A stretch of 64,000 nt of DNA from Acidobacteriota bacterium (GTDB lineage Bacteria; Acidobacteriota; Vicinamibacteria; Vicinamibacterales; UBA2999), in NCBI GenBank assembly GCA_018000455.1, contig JAGNJW010000008.1, forward strand, positions 24,294 to 88,293, read 5' to 3'. This document shows, one piece after another, positions 36,009 to 45,402 of this stretch. Made by a program: the position numbers and the translations under genes. Position 1 is the first letter of the stretch. Each line of letters starts with the position of its first letter. Below the pieces are notes generated by a model. It was not told the DNA's origin. It searched no databases and was given only the letters and a program-made list of their open reading frames with translations.

Positions 36009-37655
36009 TCACGCCTGCTCCTCGTGGTAGCGATAGGGCGCGCCCGTGACGACCGGCGGCTCGGCGAAGTTGCCGGCTGGCGGCGGTGACGAGGTGGCCC
36101 ACTCGAGAGTGGTGGCCTGCCAGGGGTTCTCAGCTGGCTCGCCCGTTCGCGCACTGCGGTAGAGATTCCACAGGAACACGAGCTGGAAGAGGCCGAGCGC
36201 CACGGCGGTCCAGGTCATGAACGGGTTCCAGGCGAGCGTCGGTCCGGCCAGTTCGTACTGCAGGCCGCCATCGTACATCCGCCGGTTCACGCCCATGAGG
36301 CCCATGAGGAACATGGGCAGGAAGACGGCGTTCATGGCCACGAACGAGCCGACGAAGTGCACCAGGCCGAGCCGTTCGCTCATCCGGCGTCCGGTGAGTT
36401 TCGGGAACCAGTGGTAGATGCCGGCAAAGAGGGCGAAGAGCGATCCGGGAGCCACCAGGTAGTGGAAGTGGCCGACGACGTAGTAGGTGTCGTGGAGGAT
36501 GACGTTGCTCGGCCCGAGAGCGAGCGGCAGGCCTGTCACGCCGCCCAGGCCGAACATCGGCAGGAAGGCGAGAGCGAAGCACATTGCGGTGGTGAAGCGG
36601 ATCGCACCGCCCCACAGCGTGACGACGAGCGAGGTGAGCAGGATGACCGACGGTACCGACACGGCCACGGTCGTAATCTGGAAGAAGCTGCTGAGGGTCG
36701 TGCTCATGCCCGTGAGCAGCATGTGGTGCGCCCACACCACCATCGACCACGCGCCGAGCGTCACGACCGCCCCCACCATCAGGCCGTAGCGCCAGAGCGG
36801 CCGCCTGGCGTGCGCGGTGATGACTTCGGCCACGATGCCCATGGCCGGGAGCACGAGCACGTAGACCTCGGGATGCGCGAGGAACCAGAACAGGTGCTGC
36901 CAGAGCAGCGGATTCCCGCCCCCAGAGACCGCCAGCGGCGTGTTGCTCACGGCCAGGCCGGTCGGCAGGAACACACTCGAGCCGAGCACGCGGTCCATGA
37001 GCTGGAAGACGGCGGCGGCCTGGAGGGCCGGGAAGGCGAGCAGCAGCAGCAGCGCGGTGACGGCCTGCGACCAGATGAAGAAGGGCAGACGCATCAGCGT
37101 CAGGCCGCGGGCCCGGTAGGCCACCACCGTGGTCACGATGTTGATCGCCACGAGCATCGACGACACGCCGAGCAGCAGGATGCCGATGAGCCACGCCGTC
37201 TGGCCCGACGAAGCGATGACCGACAGCGGCGGATACGACGTCCAGCCCGAGTTGGCCGCGCCGCCCGGCAGTGCAAAGCTCGCCGTCATGAGCAGCCCGG
37301 CGGCGAGGTAGGTGAGATAGCCGGCCACGCTCAGCCGCGGGAACGCCAGCCCCGAGGCGCCCACCTGCAGCGGTACCAGATACGATCCGAAGGCGCCGGT
37401 CGCCAGCGGCACCACGGCCAGGAAGATCATCACCGAGCCGTGCATGCCGACGAGCTGGTAGTAGAACTCGGGCAGCAGGATGCCACCGGGCGCATTGGTC
37501 TCGCCGAAGATGGCCGTGGCAATCGCGATCGGCTGCCCCGGCCATGCCAGCTGCCAGCGGAACAGCAACATCAGCAGGAAGCCGACGGTCATGAACCCGC
37601 CGGCGGTCACGCCGTAAACGATACCGAGGGTCTTGTGGTCGCGGAGGCGGTGCAT
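36009..37655 (-). CDS. ctaD: Cytochrome c oxidase subunit I (haem-copper oxidase)
   Basis: Track ORF 36009..38576 is over-extended. The ATG at 37655 gives MHRLRDHKTLGIVYGV.... Motifs WAHHM and GHFHY are present. Confidence 0.9.
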   Translation of the reverse strand: MHRLRDHKTLGIVYGVTAGGFMTVGFLLMLLFRWQLAWPGQPIAIATAIFGETNAPGGILLPEFYYQLVGMHGSVMIFLAVVPLATGAFGSYLVPLQVGASGLAFPRLSVAGYLTYLAAGLLMTASFALPGGAANSGWTSYPPLSVIASSGQTAWLIGILLLGVSSMLVAINIVTTVVAYRARGLTLMRLPFFIWSQAVTALLLLLAFPALQAAAVFQLMDRVLGSSVFLPTGLAVSNTPLAVSGGGNPLLWQHLFWFLAHPEVYVLVLPAMGIVAEVITAHARRPLWRYGLMVGAVVTLGAWSMVVWAHHMLLTGMSTTLSSFFQITTVAVSVPSVILLTSLVVTLWGGAIRFTTAMCFALAFLPMFGLGGVTGLPLALGPSNVILHDTYYVVGHFHYLVAPGSLFALFAGIYHWFPKLTGRRMSERLGLVHFVGSFVAMNAVFLPMFLMGLMGVNRRMYDGGLQYELAGPTLAWNPFMTWTAVALGLFQLVFLWNLYRSARTGEPAENPWQATTLEWATSSPPPAGNFAEPPVVTGAPYRYHEEQA

Positions 37656-37685
37656 GGAAGCCGGCGGAGCACTTACAATACCGCC

Positions 37686-39497
37686 ATGCGCCGCGTTCTG
37701 TACGTCGCTCTCGCGCTCGTCGTCACCGCCGCCACGATGTCCGATCCGTCCGCACAATCGCTGCCCCAACCCATTCGCTACACGCTGCGCTTTCCGGCGC
37801 CGGCGACGCACTACGTCGAGGTCGAGGCCGTCTACCCGACGGATCGGCGGCCCGAGGTGGAGCTGATGATGGCCGTGTGGACGCCCGGTTCGTATCTGGT
37901 GCGCGAGTACGAGCGGCAGGTCGAGAACCTGACGGTGTCCGACGACGGTGGGCGGGCGCTGACGGCGGTGAAACCGGCCAAGAACCGCTGGCGCATCGCG
38001 ACCGCTGGCGCCGCCACCGTCACCGTGCGTTACCGCGTCTACGGTCGCGAGATGACCGTGCGCAACAACTGGGTCGAGGCGGGCTTCGCGATGCTGAACG
38101 GCGCGCCCACCTTCATCACGCTGGCCGAGCGCACCGCGCGGCCCCACGAGGTCACGATCGTGCCGCCGCCCGCCTGGCAGGGCTCGGCCACGCCGCTCAT
38201 GCCGCTGGCGGGCCGGGCCTACAGCTACCGTGCCGAGGATTTCGACACGCTGGTCGACAGTCCGATCATCGTCGGCAATCCGGTGGTCAGAAGCTTCGAG
38301 GTGGACGGCAGAGCGCACCACCTGGTGCTCGAAGGCGATCCCTCGCTCTTCGACGCCGATCGTGCCGCCGCCGACGTGAAGAAGATCGTCGAGGCGGGCA
38401 GGGGCGTGATGGGGCGTTTCGACTATCCCCACTACTTCTTTCTCAACATGGTGACCGAGTCGGGCGGCGGCCTCGAACACAAGAACGCGTTTCTCACCAT
38501 GTCGAGCCGTTTCACGACGCGCACCCGCCGCGCCTACGTGAACTGGCTCAACCTCGTCGGCCACGAGTACTTCCACAACTGGAACATCAAGCGTCTCAGG
38601 CCGATCGAACTCGGCCCCTTCGACTACGAGGGCGAGAACTACACGAAGAGCCTGTGGGTGGGTGAGGGCTTCACCGACTACTACGGCGCGCTGCTCGTGC
38701 GTCGTGCCGGGCTGCAGACCGAGGCCGAGTACTTCGACGAGCTATCGAATGCCATCGAGCAGGTGCAGATGCGGCCGGGTCGCAACGTGCAGCCGGTGGA
38801 CATGGCGTCGTTCGATGCCTGGATCAAGCAGTATCGCCCCGACGAGAACAGCGTCAACACCAGCATCGACTACTACAGCAAGGGCGCGGCCATTGCCTTC
38901 ATGCTCGATGCCAAGATCCGCAAGGCGACCGGCGGCGCCAAGACGCTCGACACGGCGATGCGCCTGGCCTACGAGCGCTACTCGGGCGCCACCGGCTACA
39001 CGCCCGAGCAGTTCCAGCAGACGATGGGTGAAGCCGCCGGCGTCGACTTGGGCGCGTGGTTCGCCGACGTCGTGAGCGGCACGACGGAACTCGACTTCGC
39101 GGAGGCGCTCGATTTCTACGGGCTGCGCTTCACGCCGGTCGACCTCAAGACCGCGCGGGCCACGATGGGCGCCAGCACCCGCAACGACAACGGCCGGCTG
39201 GTGGTGTCGATCGTGCGACGCGGCACACCGGCCTACGCCGCCGGCGTCAACGTGGACGACGAGATTGTCGCCATCGACGATCTGCGCGTGCGCGCCGATG
39301 GCCTGGTGGCGCGCATGGACCAGTACAAGGTGGGCGACACGGTGCGCCTGCTGGTCGCGCGCCGCGACCGGCTGCTCCCCTTCGACGTGACGCTCGCGGC
39401 CGAGCCGGGGCGGCCGTGGCGAATCCAGCCGAAGCCAGACGCGACTGCCGAGCAGAAGGCGCGACTGGCCGCCTGGCTGGGCGCGACAAAAGGCTAG
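37686..39497 (+). CDS. M61 glycyl aminopeptidase with C-terminal PDZ domain (copy 2)
   Basis: Track ORF 36357..39497 is over-extended. The ATG at 37686 gives MRRVLYVALALVVTAATMSDPSAQ. Zinc motif HEYFHNWN. Confidence 0.9.
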   Translation: MRRVLYVALALVVTAATMSDPSAQSLPQPIRYTLRFPAPATHYVEVEAVYPTDRRPEVELMMAVWTPGSYLVREYERQVENLTVSDDGGRALTAVKPAKNRWRIATAGAATVTVRYRVYGREMTVRNNWVEAGFAMLNGAPTFITLAERTARPHEVTIVPPPAWQGSATPLMPLAGRAYSYRAEDFDTLVDSPIIVGNPVVRSFEVDGRAHHLVLEGDPSLFDADRAAADVKKIVEAGRGVMGRFDYPHYFFLNMVTESGGGLEHKNAFLTMSSRFTTRTRRAYVNWLNLVGHEYFHNWNIKRLRPIELGPFDYEGENYTKSLWVGEGFTDYYGALLVRRAGLQTEAEYFDELSNAIEQVQMRPGRNVQPVDMASFDAWIKQYRPDENSVNTSIDYYSKGAAIAFMLDAKIRKATGGAKTLDTAMRLAYERYSGATGYTPEQFQQTMGEAAGVDLGAWFADVVSGTTELDFAEALDFYGLRFTPVDLKTARATMGASTRNDNGRLVVSIVRRGTPAYAAGVNVDDEIVAIDDLRVRADGLVARMDQYKVGDTVRLLVARRDRLLPFDVTLAAEPGRPWRIQPKPDATAEQKARLAAWLGATKG

Positions 39498-39560
39498 CCG
39501 GCGTCCCGCATTGCGGGACACCGGCTCAGCAGGCGAGTGTGCGGGCGCGTGGTTGCGGGG

Positions 39561-41417
39561 TTACTGGGCGGCGAGGTCGGTCAGACCCGACTCGCCCCAC
39601 ACGAGTGATTCGCCCCAGATGAGCGTGTCGCCCCACACGAAACTCTGGCCGTCGATGACGAGGAGGCCCTCGCCCCAGACGATCGACTCGCCCCAGATGA
39701 AGCTGGTGGAGGTGACGATGTTCTCGCCCCAGATGAACGTGTTGCCCCAGACGAGCGCCTCGCCCCAGATCAACGTATTGCCCCACACGATGTTCGACTG
39801 CCACGCCGGCAGGTTCGAATAGATGGCGTCGCCGTAGAGTGTCGACGCGCCCCAGATGATGCGGCGGCTCCACGGCAAGGTAAAGCCGCCGAGCTTGCTC
39901 GATTCGACGACCGGTGTCGCCAGCCACCAGCTGCCCAGGACGCGCGACGGGTCGAGACTCTTGGCCAACGCGAGGGCGCCGAGGCCGTTGAGGCCGCCGG
40001 CGCCCTGCGTCAGCAGATCGAGCTCGGGGCCCGAAGCCGACTCCCTGACCGGCACCGCGCTGAACTGCAGCATGGCTTTTACGGCGTTGGGCGGCAGGTC
40101 GCGGCCGGCGGCCGGGAACGCCGCCCGATTGGCCTCGAGCAGCAGGGCCACGACACCGGTGGTCGTGGCGGCCGCCATGCTCGTGCCGTAGAGCTTCACG
40201 GCGTCGCCGGAGGCCGACAGCGTGCTCGCCGTCTTCGAAAGCTCGGAGCCCGCGGCGCTCGTTGAGAAGAGACCATGGCCCGGCGCCAGCACATCGGGCT
40301 TGGCGAAGCCGTCGTACCACGTCGGCCCGCGCGAACTGAACGCCGAGGCCGTGTCGTCGCGCCGGTCGGCCGTGCCGTGCACGTCGAGGCTGCCGGCCGT
40401 GATGGCCGACGGCGCGTTGCCGGGTGACGTGATGCCAGCGTAGCCCGAGACGCCGGTCGTCGGATTCTGGCCGTAGTTGCCGGCCGAGGTCACGACCACC
40501 AGGCCCGCCGCCACCGCCTTCTCGACCGCCTGCACCAGCGGGTCGGTCTTCGCCGGCTCCAGAATCGGATGACCGAGCGACAGGTTGATGATGTGGATGT
40601 TCAGATTGCTCTTGTTCGCGACCAGGAATTCGATCGCCTTGATCAGATGACTCGTCTTCCCGGCGCCGGTCGCGTCCAGCACCTTGATGCCCACGAAGTG
40701 GACCTTGGGGGCGATGCCGCCGAACGTGAGCGAGGAGGCGCCGATGAGACCGGCCACATGCGTGCCGTGTCCGTAGGCGTCTGTCGCGGTCGACGTCGTG
40801 CCGTTGCGGCCGGCCTTCGTCGTGAAGTCGTAGAACGCCGAGATGCGGCCCTGGAACTGGGTGGCCGTGCCGTCGATGCCTGAATCCACCACCGCCACGC
40901 CCACGCCGGCGCCGGTGCGCCCGCTGAACTGCGTGCCGAGCGATCCCATCAGTGCGCTCCACTGCGTCGTTGAAGCCGACAGATCAGCAAAGGCGCTCCA
41001 CCACTCGGTCGTGCCTGAAGTGGACGTCGTCGTCGCCGTGCTGGTTGAACTCGTCTTCTTGCTGCCGGCGCCAGCGGCGTAGACCAGTGCGTCAGCCGAG
41101 ATGCCCTCGACCGCCCCGAGTCCGGCGAGCTCGTCGATGTCTTCGGGCGCCAGCACCGCGCCGATGCCCGCCACCGACGGCATCTCGTCGTTGACCTTCA
41201 GCTTGCGCGCCTTGAGTGCCGCCCGCACTTCCTTCTCGCGGCCGGGCACGACGCGAAGAATTACACCGACCGGGCGCGATCCCTGCCTGGCGTCGCTGAC
41301 CGCGCGGTCGAACTTGCGCGAGTTCCTCGGGCCCTGGGCAAACGCTACCCCGGCGGCGAGTGCGAGTACGGCGCACGCCAACAGGCCAGTGCGCCAGATC
41401 ACGTTTGGTCTCGTCAT
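39561..41417 (-). CDS. Secreted S8 subtilisin-like serine protease with C-terminal degenerate x-[IL]-[VI]-W-G-x hexapeptide repeats
   Basis: Likely start at 41417 gives MTRPNVIWRTGLLACAVLALAAGVAFAQ. Catalytic motifs VAVVDSGI, GHGTHVAG, GTSMAAATTTG. Tail: ...NIVWGNTLIWGEALVWGNTFIWGENIV...FIWGESIVWGE...FVWGDTLIWGESLVWGES. Confidence 0.85.
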   Translation of the reverse strand: MTRPNVIWRTGLLACAVLALAAGVAFAQGPRNSRKFDRAVSDARQGSRPVGVILRVVPGREKEVRAALKARKLKVNDEMPSVAGIGAVLAPEDIDELAGLGAVEGISADALVYAAGAGSKKTSSTSTATTTSTSGTTEWWSAFADLSASTTQWSALMGSLGTQFSGRTGAGVGVAVVDSGIDGTATQFQGRISAFYDFTTKAGRNGTTSTATDAYGHGTHVAGLIGASSLTFGGIAPKVHFVGIKVLDATGAGKTSHLIKAIEFLVANKSNLNIHIINLSLGHPILEPAKTDPLVQAVEKAVAAGLVVVTSAGNYGQNPTTGVSGYAGITSPGNAPSAITAGSLDVHGTADRRDDTASAFSSRGPTWYDGFAKPDVLAPGHGLFSTSAAGSELSKTASTLSASGDAVKLYGTSMAAATTTGVVALLLEANRAAFPAAGRDLPPNAVKAMLQFSAVPVRESASGPELDLLTQGAGGLNGLGALALAKSLDPSRVLGSWWLATPVVESSKLGGFTLPWSRRIIWGASTLYGDAIYSNLPAWQSNIVWGNTLIWGEALVWGNTFIWGENIVTSTSFIWGESIVWGEGLLVIDGQSFVWGDTLIWGESLVWGESGLTDLAAQ

Positions 41418-41868
41418 GGAAGTCACTATGCAGCCTCTTCTCACGGCGCGCGGCGTTCGATGCCTCGCGCTCCGCCCTGCGTAACAGCAAACGCGCTGCC
41501 ATCTCGGTTGCGCTCTCGCCGCCGAGTGCGCAAGTCGTTGAGCGTGGAGCGGTTGCTGCCGGCACTTGGCCGTCTCACCGGCCGGCGAAGTGCGATTCGC
41601 CAGGTCCGGCTATTCGAAAATTCGGCGCGCCAGGCGAGCCTCAACCCGAAAAGACGGGTCTGCGGACGCGCCCGCCGGGGGGCGCATCTACCGGTTGAGC
41701 CCGCATCAGGGGCACTGAACTTTCGGTTGGTCGACGTTCGCCTGAGCCGAGGTTTCGACTCGCCGAGGCGCGCCCGCCGAGATCGCTGCGACCAGTGCTG
41801 GACGTTGCGCGATCGTAAACGACTTGTAGGCAACGACTTGACAGGCTAAGTGCGTCGCCGGCGGCAAT

Positions 41869-41884
41869 TGGCACTGCCTCTGCA
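41869..41884 (+). promoter_or_regulatory. Sigma-54-type -24/-12 promoter-like motif upstream of the second S8 protease gene
   Basis: TGGCAC-TGCCTC-TGCA has GG and GC spaced as in TGGCAC-N5-TTGCA. It is embedded in the direct repeat GCAATTGGC ... GCAATTGGC. Caveat: the implied transcription start is only 1 to 3 nt before the ATG at 41897. Confidence 0.25.
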
Positions 41885-41896
41885 ATTGGCTGGGGC

Positions 41897-44389
41897 ATGA
41901 AAATCCGGAACAAGCACTGGTCGTCTGGCTGGACGGCCGTCGCGATTGCTCTCCTTGTCATCGCCACGGGAGCGGTGGCGCCGAGCGCCCAGGGACGCAG
42001 TGGCCAGAGACCGCCGCGGCGTGCCGATCGCGCCGACCTCGAGCTGGCCGCGCGGCTCAACCAGGGAGACGGCAGCGACCGCGAGCGCGTGATCATCACG
42101 CTCAAGCCCGGAGCCAAACGCCGGATGCTGCAGGACCTGCAGGCCTACGGCGAGCGCGCCGACAAGGACTTCGGCGTGATCGAGGCCGTGTCCGGCCGCA
42201 TGTCGCGCCGCTTGCTCCGCCAACTGCGGAATCATCCCGACGTCGTGTCGATGTCGGTCGATGCCGACGTCACGCCGATGAGTGTGGCCGGCGTGAGCGG
42301 CGCGGCCCAGGGCTCGCCGTATTCACTGCGCAGCACCCTCGGCCTTGAAGCCACCACCTACGCCGCGGCGTCGGTGGCGGCCGGCGCCACCACCTCGGCC
42401 AAGGGTGGGTCGGTGTCCACCCTGTCCTGGTCGCACACGGTCGCCGCCGGCAGCAATCGCCTGCTGCTCGTGAGCACCGCGCACCGCGACGGTACCAAGT
42501 ACGTCTCGGGGGTCACCTTCGGCGGGGTCAACCTCGCAGTCAGGATGTCTGCGGGCACCAAGGAGAACAGCACGGCCCTCTACTACCTGGTGAATCCTCC
42601 GGTGGGCACCGCCACGGTGCAGGTGACGATGACCGGCGCCGTGCACGTCGCGGCGTCGGCCACGACCTTCACCGGCGTCGATCCAGTGTCGCCGTTCAGC
42701 CCGGGCGCGTCGGGCGTCGGGTCGAGCACCACCGCCTCGGTCTCGCTTCCGAGCACGGTGGGCGCGGTGGTCGTGAACGCCGTGGCCGCCAATGGCGATG
42801 CTGGCACGCTGAGCCTCCTTGGCACCGGCGCCAGCCTGTGGAACGACAACACCGGCACGAGCAAGACCAACATTCGCGGCGCGGCGGCGACGCGGCCGGG
42901 CGGCGGCACCGTGACCGTGGGCCGGACGCTGGCGGCCAGCAAGGCCTGGAGTATCGTGGCAACCACGCTGCAACCGGGCGTGGTGGCGGCGCAAACGGCC
43001 ACCACGACCCGCACGGGCGCGGGTGTGACCGTGGCGGTCATCGACTCCGGCATGCTGCTCGACGGCGGCCTTGCGACCCGGCTCAAGACCACGCGCGACT
43101 TCACGACCGGCAACGCCAATCCCCCGGCGGTCTCAGCCGTTGACGGCTACGGCCACGGCACGCATGTCGCCGGCCTCATCGGCAGCAACCAGGCCGAGAT
43201 CAAGGGCGTTGCGCCGGGGGTGTCGTATGTGAGCCTGCGCGTGCTCAACTCCTACGGCGTCGGCGCGACCAGCAACGTGATCAACGCCGTGCAGTGGGCC
43301 ATCACCAACAAGACCACCTACGGCATCGACATCATCAACCTCTCGCTCGGCCATCCCATCTTCGAACCGGCCGCGACCGACCCGCTCGTGCAGGCGGTGG
43401 AAGCCGCCGTGCGCGCCGGCATCGTGGTGGTGACCTCGGCCGGCAACATGGGCAAGAACCTCGTGACCGGCCAGATCGGCTACGCCGGCATCAGCTCGCC
43501 CGGCAACGCGCCATCGGCCATCACGGTGGGTGCCGTCAAGACGTTCGACACGACCACCCGCGCCGATGACCTGATTGCCGACTACAGCTCGCGCGGCCCG
43601 ACGTGGCACGACGGCTACGCCAAGCCGGACGTCGTGGCGCCCGGTCACCGCCTGCTCGGTCCCTCCTCGTCGAGCCAGACGCTCTACTGCCTGCTGGCGA
43701 CCCAGCGGGTGACCATCGGCGGGCGGCCGTACCTCACCTTGAGCGGCACCAGCATGGCGGCGGCCGTCACGAGCGGGTCGGTGGCGCTGATGCTCGAGGG
43801 GGCCAGGGCTGCGTATGGCGCCACGCCCACCGTCAACGCGGTGAAGGCGATGCTGCAACACACGGCGTTCCCGATGAGCGATGCTGCCGGCGCGCCGTAT
43901 CACGGCTTCGCGCAGGGCGCCGGAGCCCTGAACGCCGCGGGCGCGGCCGTGCTGTCGCAAGCCATCAACCCGGTCGCCACCAGCACCAACTGGCTGACGG
44001 TGGGCGTCTCCGAGTCGACGACCGTCGACGGGCAGAACATCGTGTGGGGCGAGAACATCGTGTGGGGCGAGAACATCGTCTGGGGCGAAGCCATCTACAC
44101 GAAGCGCGGCGCCTGGGCGAACAACATCGTCTGGGGCGAGAACGTCGTGTGGGGCAACAACATCGTCTGGGGAAACAACATCGTCTGGGGCAACAACATC
44201 GTCTGGGGCAACAACATCGTGTGGGGCCTGAATATCGTCTGGGGCGAAAACATCGTCTGGGGCGAAAACATCGTCTGGGGCGAGAACATCGTCTGGGGTC
44301 AGAACATCGTGTGGGGCGAGAACTTCCTCGCGCTCAACGAGCTCACGATCGGCTACCCCATGTGCGGCGGCGGACTGGAGACGATGTAG
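41897..44389 (+). CDS. Secreted S8 subtilisin-like serine protease with inserted beta-rich domain and C-terminal N-I-V-W-G-E/N hexapeptide repeat array
   Basis: Signal MKIRNKHWSSGWTAVAIALLVIATGAVAPSAQG. I9-like propeptide. Catalytic motifs VAVIDSGM, GHGTHVAG, GTSMAAAVTSG. There are 14 tandem hexapeptide units near the C-terminus. Confidence 0.85.
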   Translation: MKIRNKHWSSGWTAVAIALLVIATGAVAPSAQGRSGQRPPRRADRADLELAARLNQGDGSDRERVIITLKPGAKRRMLQDLQAYGERADKDFGVIEAVSGRMSRRLLRQLRNHPDVVSMSVDADVTPMSVAGVSGAAQGSPYSLRSTLGLEATTYAAASVAAGATTSAKGGSVSTLSWSHTVAAGSNRLLLVSTAHRDGTKYVSGVTFGGVNLAVRMSAGTKENSTALYYLVNPPVGTATVQVTMTGAVHVAASATTFTGVDPVSPFSPGASGVGSSTTASVSLPSTVGAVVVNAVAANGDAGTLSLLGTGASLWNDNTGTSKTNIRGAAATRPGGGTVTVGRTLAASKAWSIVATTLQPGVVAAQTATTTRTGAGVTVAVIDSGMLLDGGLATRLKTTRDFTTGNANPPAVSAVDGYGHGTHVAGLIGSNQAEIKGVAPGVSYVSLRVLNSYGVGATSNVINAVQWAITNKTTYGIDIINLSLGHPIFEPAATDPLVQAVEAAVRAGIVVVTSAGNMGKNLVTGQIGYAGISSPGNAPSAITVGAVKTFDTTTRADDLIADYSSRGPTWHDGYAKPDVVAPGHRLLGPSSSSQTLYCLLATQRVTIGGRPYLTLSGTSMAAAVTSGSVALMLEGARAAYGATPTVNAVKAMLQHTAFPMSDAAGAPYHGFAQGAGALNAAGAAVLSQAINPVATSTNWLTVGVSESTTVDGQNIVWGENIVWGENIVWGEAIYTKRGAWANNIVWGENVVWGNNIVWGNNIVWGNNIVWGNNIVWGLNIVWGENIVWGENIVWGENIVWGQNIVWGENFLALNELTIGYPMCGGGLETM
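44033..44317 (+). repeat. 18-bp coding tandem repeat (3 units, 33-nt interruption, 11 units)
   Basis: AACATCGT(C/G)TGGGG(C/A/T)(GAG/GAA/AAC/CAG/CTG) is repeated head-to-tail at 44033..44086 and 44120..44317. The units are nearly identical at the DNA level. Confidence 0.95.
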
Positions 44390-44424
44390 GCCATGTGCCG
44401 CCACGACGGTGTGGAGCATTCGTC

Positions 44425-45096
44425 ATGGAGCTGATGCCGTTTCGCCCCAAACGGGATGCGCTGACCGGGCGTGATCCCGTGGTCGCGCTTCCCGCCGCCG
44501 GGATCACCTCGCCGGTCGACTGGCGTGAGGGTCTACCGGTGCTGCGCGGCCTCGGCCTCACGCTGCGTGAGCTGACGGCCGCCGATGCGCCGTCGCTTGC
44601 CGCGCAGCTCACGACGGCGCAGGTCACGCGGTTCATCTCGCCACCGCCGACAAGCGTGGCGGGCTTCGAGCGGTTCATCACCTGGACGCACCGCGAACGC
44701 GCCGCCGGGCGCTATGCCTGCTTCGCGGTCGTGCCCGACGGCGACACCGTGGCCGTCGGTATCTTCCAGATCCGCCGGCTCGACGGCAAGGACGGCGTCG
44801 CCGAGTGGGGCTTCATCCTCGGCGAGGCATATTGGGGCACCGGGTTGTTCCTCGCCGGCGCCCAGCTCGTCGTCGACTTCGCGTTCGAGACGATGGGCCT
44901 GGCGCGCCTCGAGGCCCGGGCCTCGACAGCCAACGGCCGCGGCAACGGGGCCCTGGCGAAGCTCGGCGCCGCAAGAGAGGCAGTGCTGCGGCAATCGTTC
45001 GACCGCCACGGCCAGTGGCACGACCAGGCGCTGTGGGCGATTCTCAGCGACGACTGGCCGGCCGCACGCTGCAGCCGCGCCGCGGTCGTGCACTGA
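44425..45096 (+). CDS. GNAT family N-acetyltransferase (RimJ/RimL-like)
   Basis: Internal ATG at 44425 of track ORF 43603..45096. Sequence reads ...LRELTAADAPSLAAQL...FAVVPDG...VGIFQIRRLD...AEWGFILGEAYWGTGL...LARLEARASTANGRGNGALAKLGA. Confidence 0.8.
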   Translation: MELMPFRPKRDALTGRDPVVALPAAGITSPVDWREGLPVLRGLGLTLRELTAADAPSLAAQLTTAQVTRFISPPPTSVAGFERFITWTHRERAAGRYACFAVVPDGDTVAVGIFQIRRLDGKDGVAEWGFILGEAYWGTGLFLAGAQLVVDFAFETMGLARLEARASTANGRGNGALAKLGAAREAVLRQSFDRHGQWHDQALWAILSDDWPAARCSRAAVVH

Positions 45097-45402
45097 AACC
45101 CCTCTCAGGCGCCGCCCCCCAGGCAGGCGAGGCGCCCGCCTGGCCAGTTGCGCGCACCACATCCGCCGGCGATTGTCTTCACATCGCCGCACTCGATCGG
45201 GTCGTCATCGCCGCCGAAATTTTGACTCACGGGGTTCAGGGCCCCAAGTTGAGCCAAATTATCGACTCGGCGACGCTGAACCGACGACGGCCACCCCGTT
45301 TCCTGCCGAAGAATTCCTCTGTAAACACTGTGGATAGTGGTCTTTGCGGGCACAGCGCAAGGCGTCCCGTGGGCTGGCACCGTCGTTGCCACTGGATGGG
45401 GC

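Noticed and set aside
39811-39822. GGTTCGAAT, similar to a tRNA T-loop
   Set aside because: It lies inside the protease coding sequence, no acceptor or anticodon stems could be drawn around it, and the T-arm consensus is incomplete. I saw no tRNA in any intergenic region.
43900-44289. Minus-strand ORFs 43900..44094 and 44095..44289 (MFSPQTMFSPQT...)
   Set aside because: They are mirror images of the hexapeptide repeat on the coding strand. They have no start context and arise only because the repeat lacks stops in antisense.
44033-44317. Regular 18-bp repeats that could look like a CRISPR array or satellite
   Set aside because: The units are contiguous with no spacers, too short for CRISPR repeats, and in frame inside a protease gene. 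They encode xNIVWG, so this is a coding tandem repeat.
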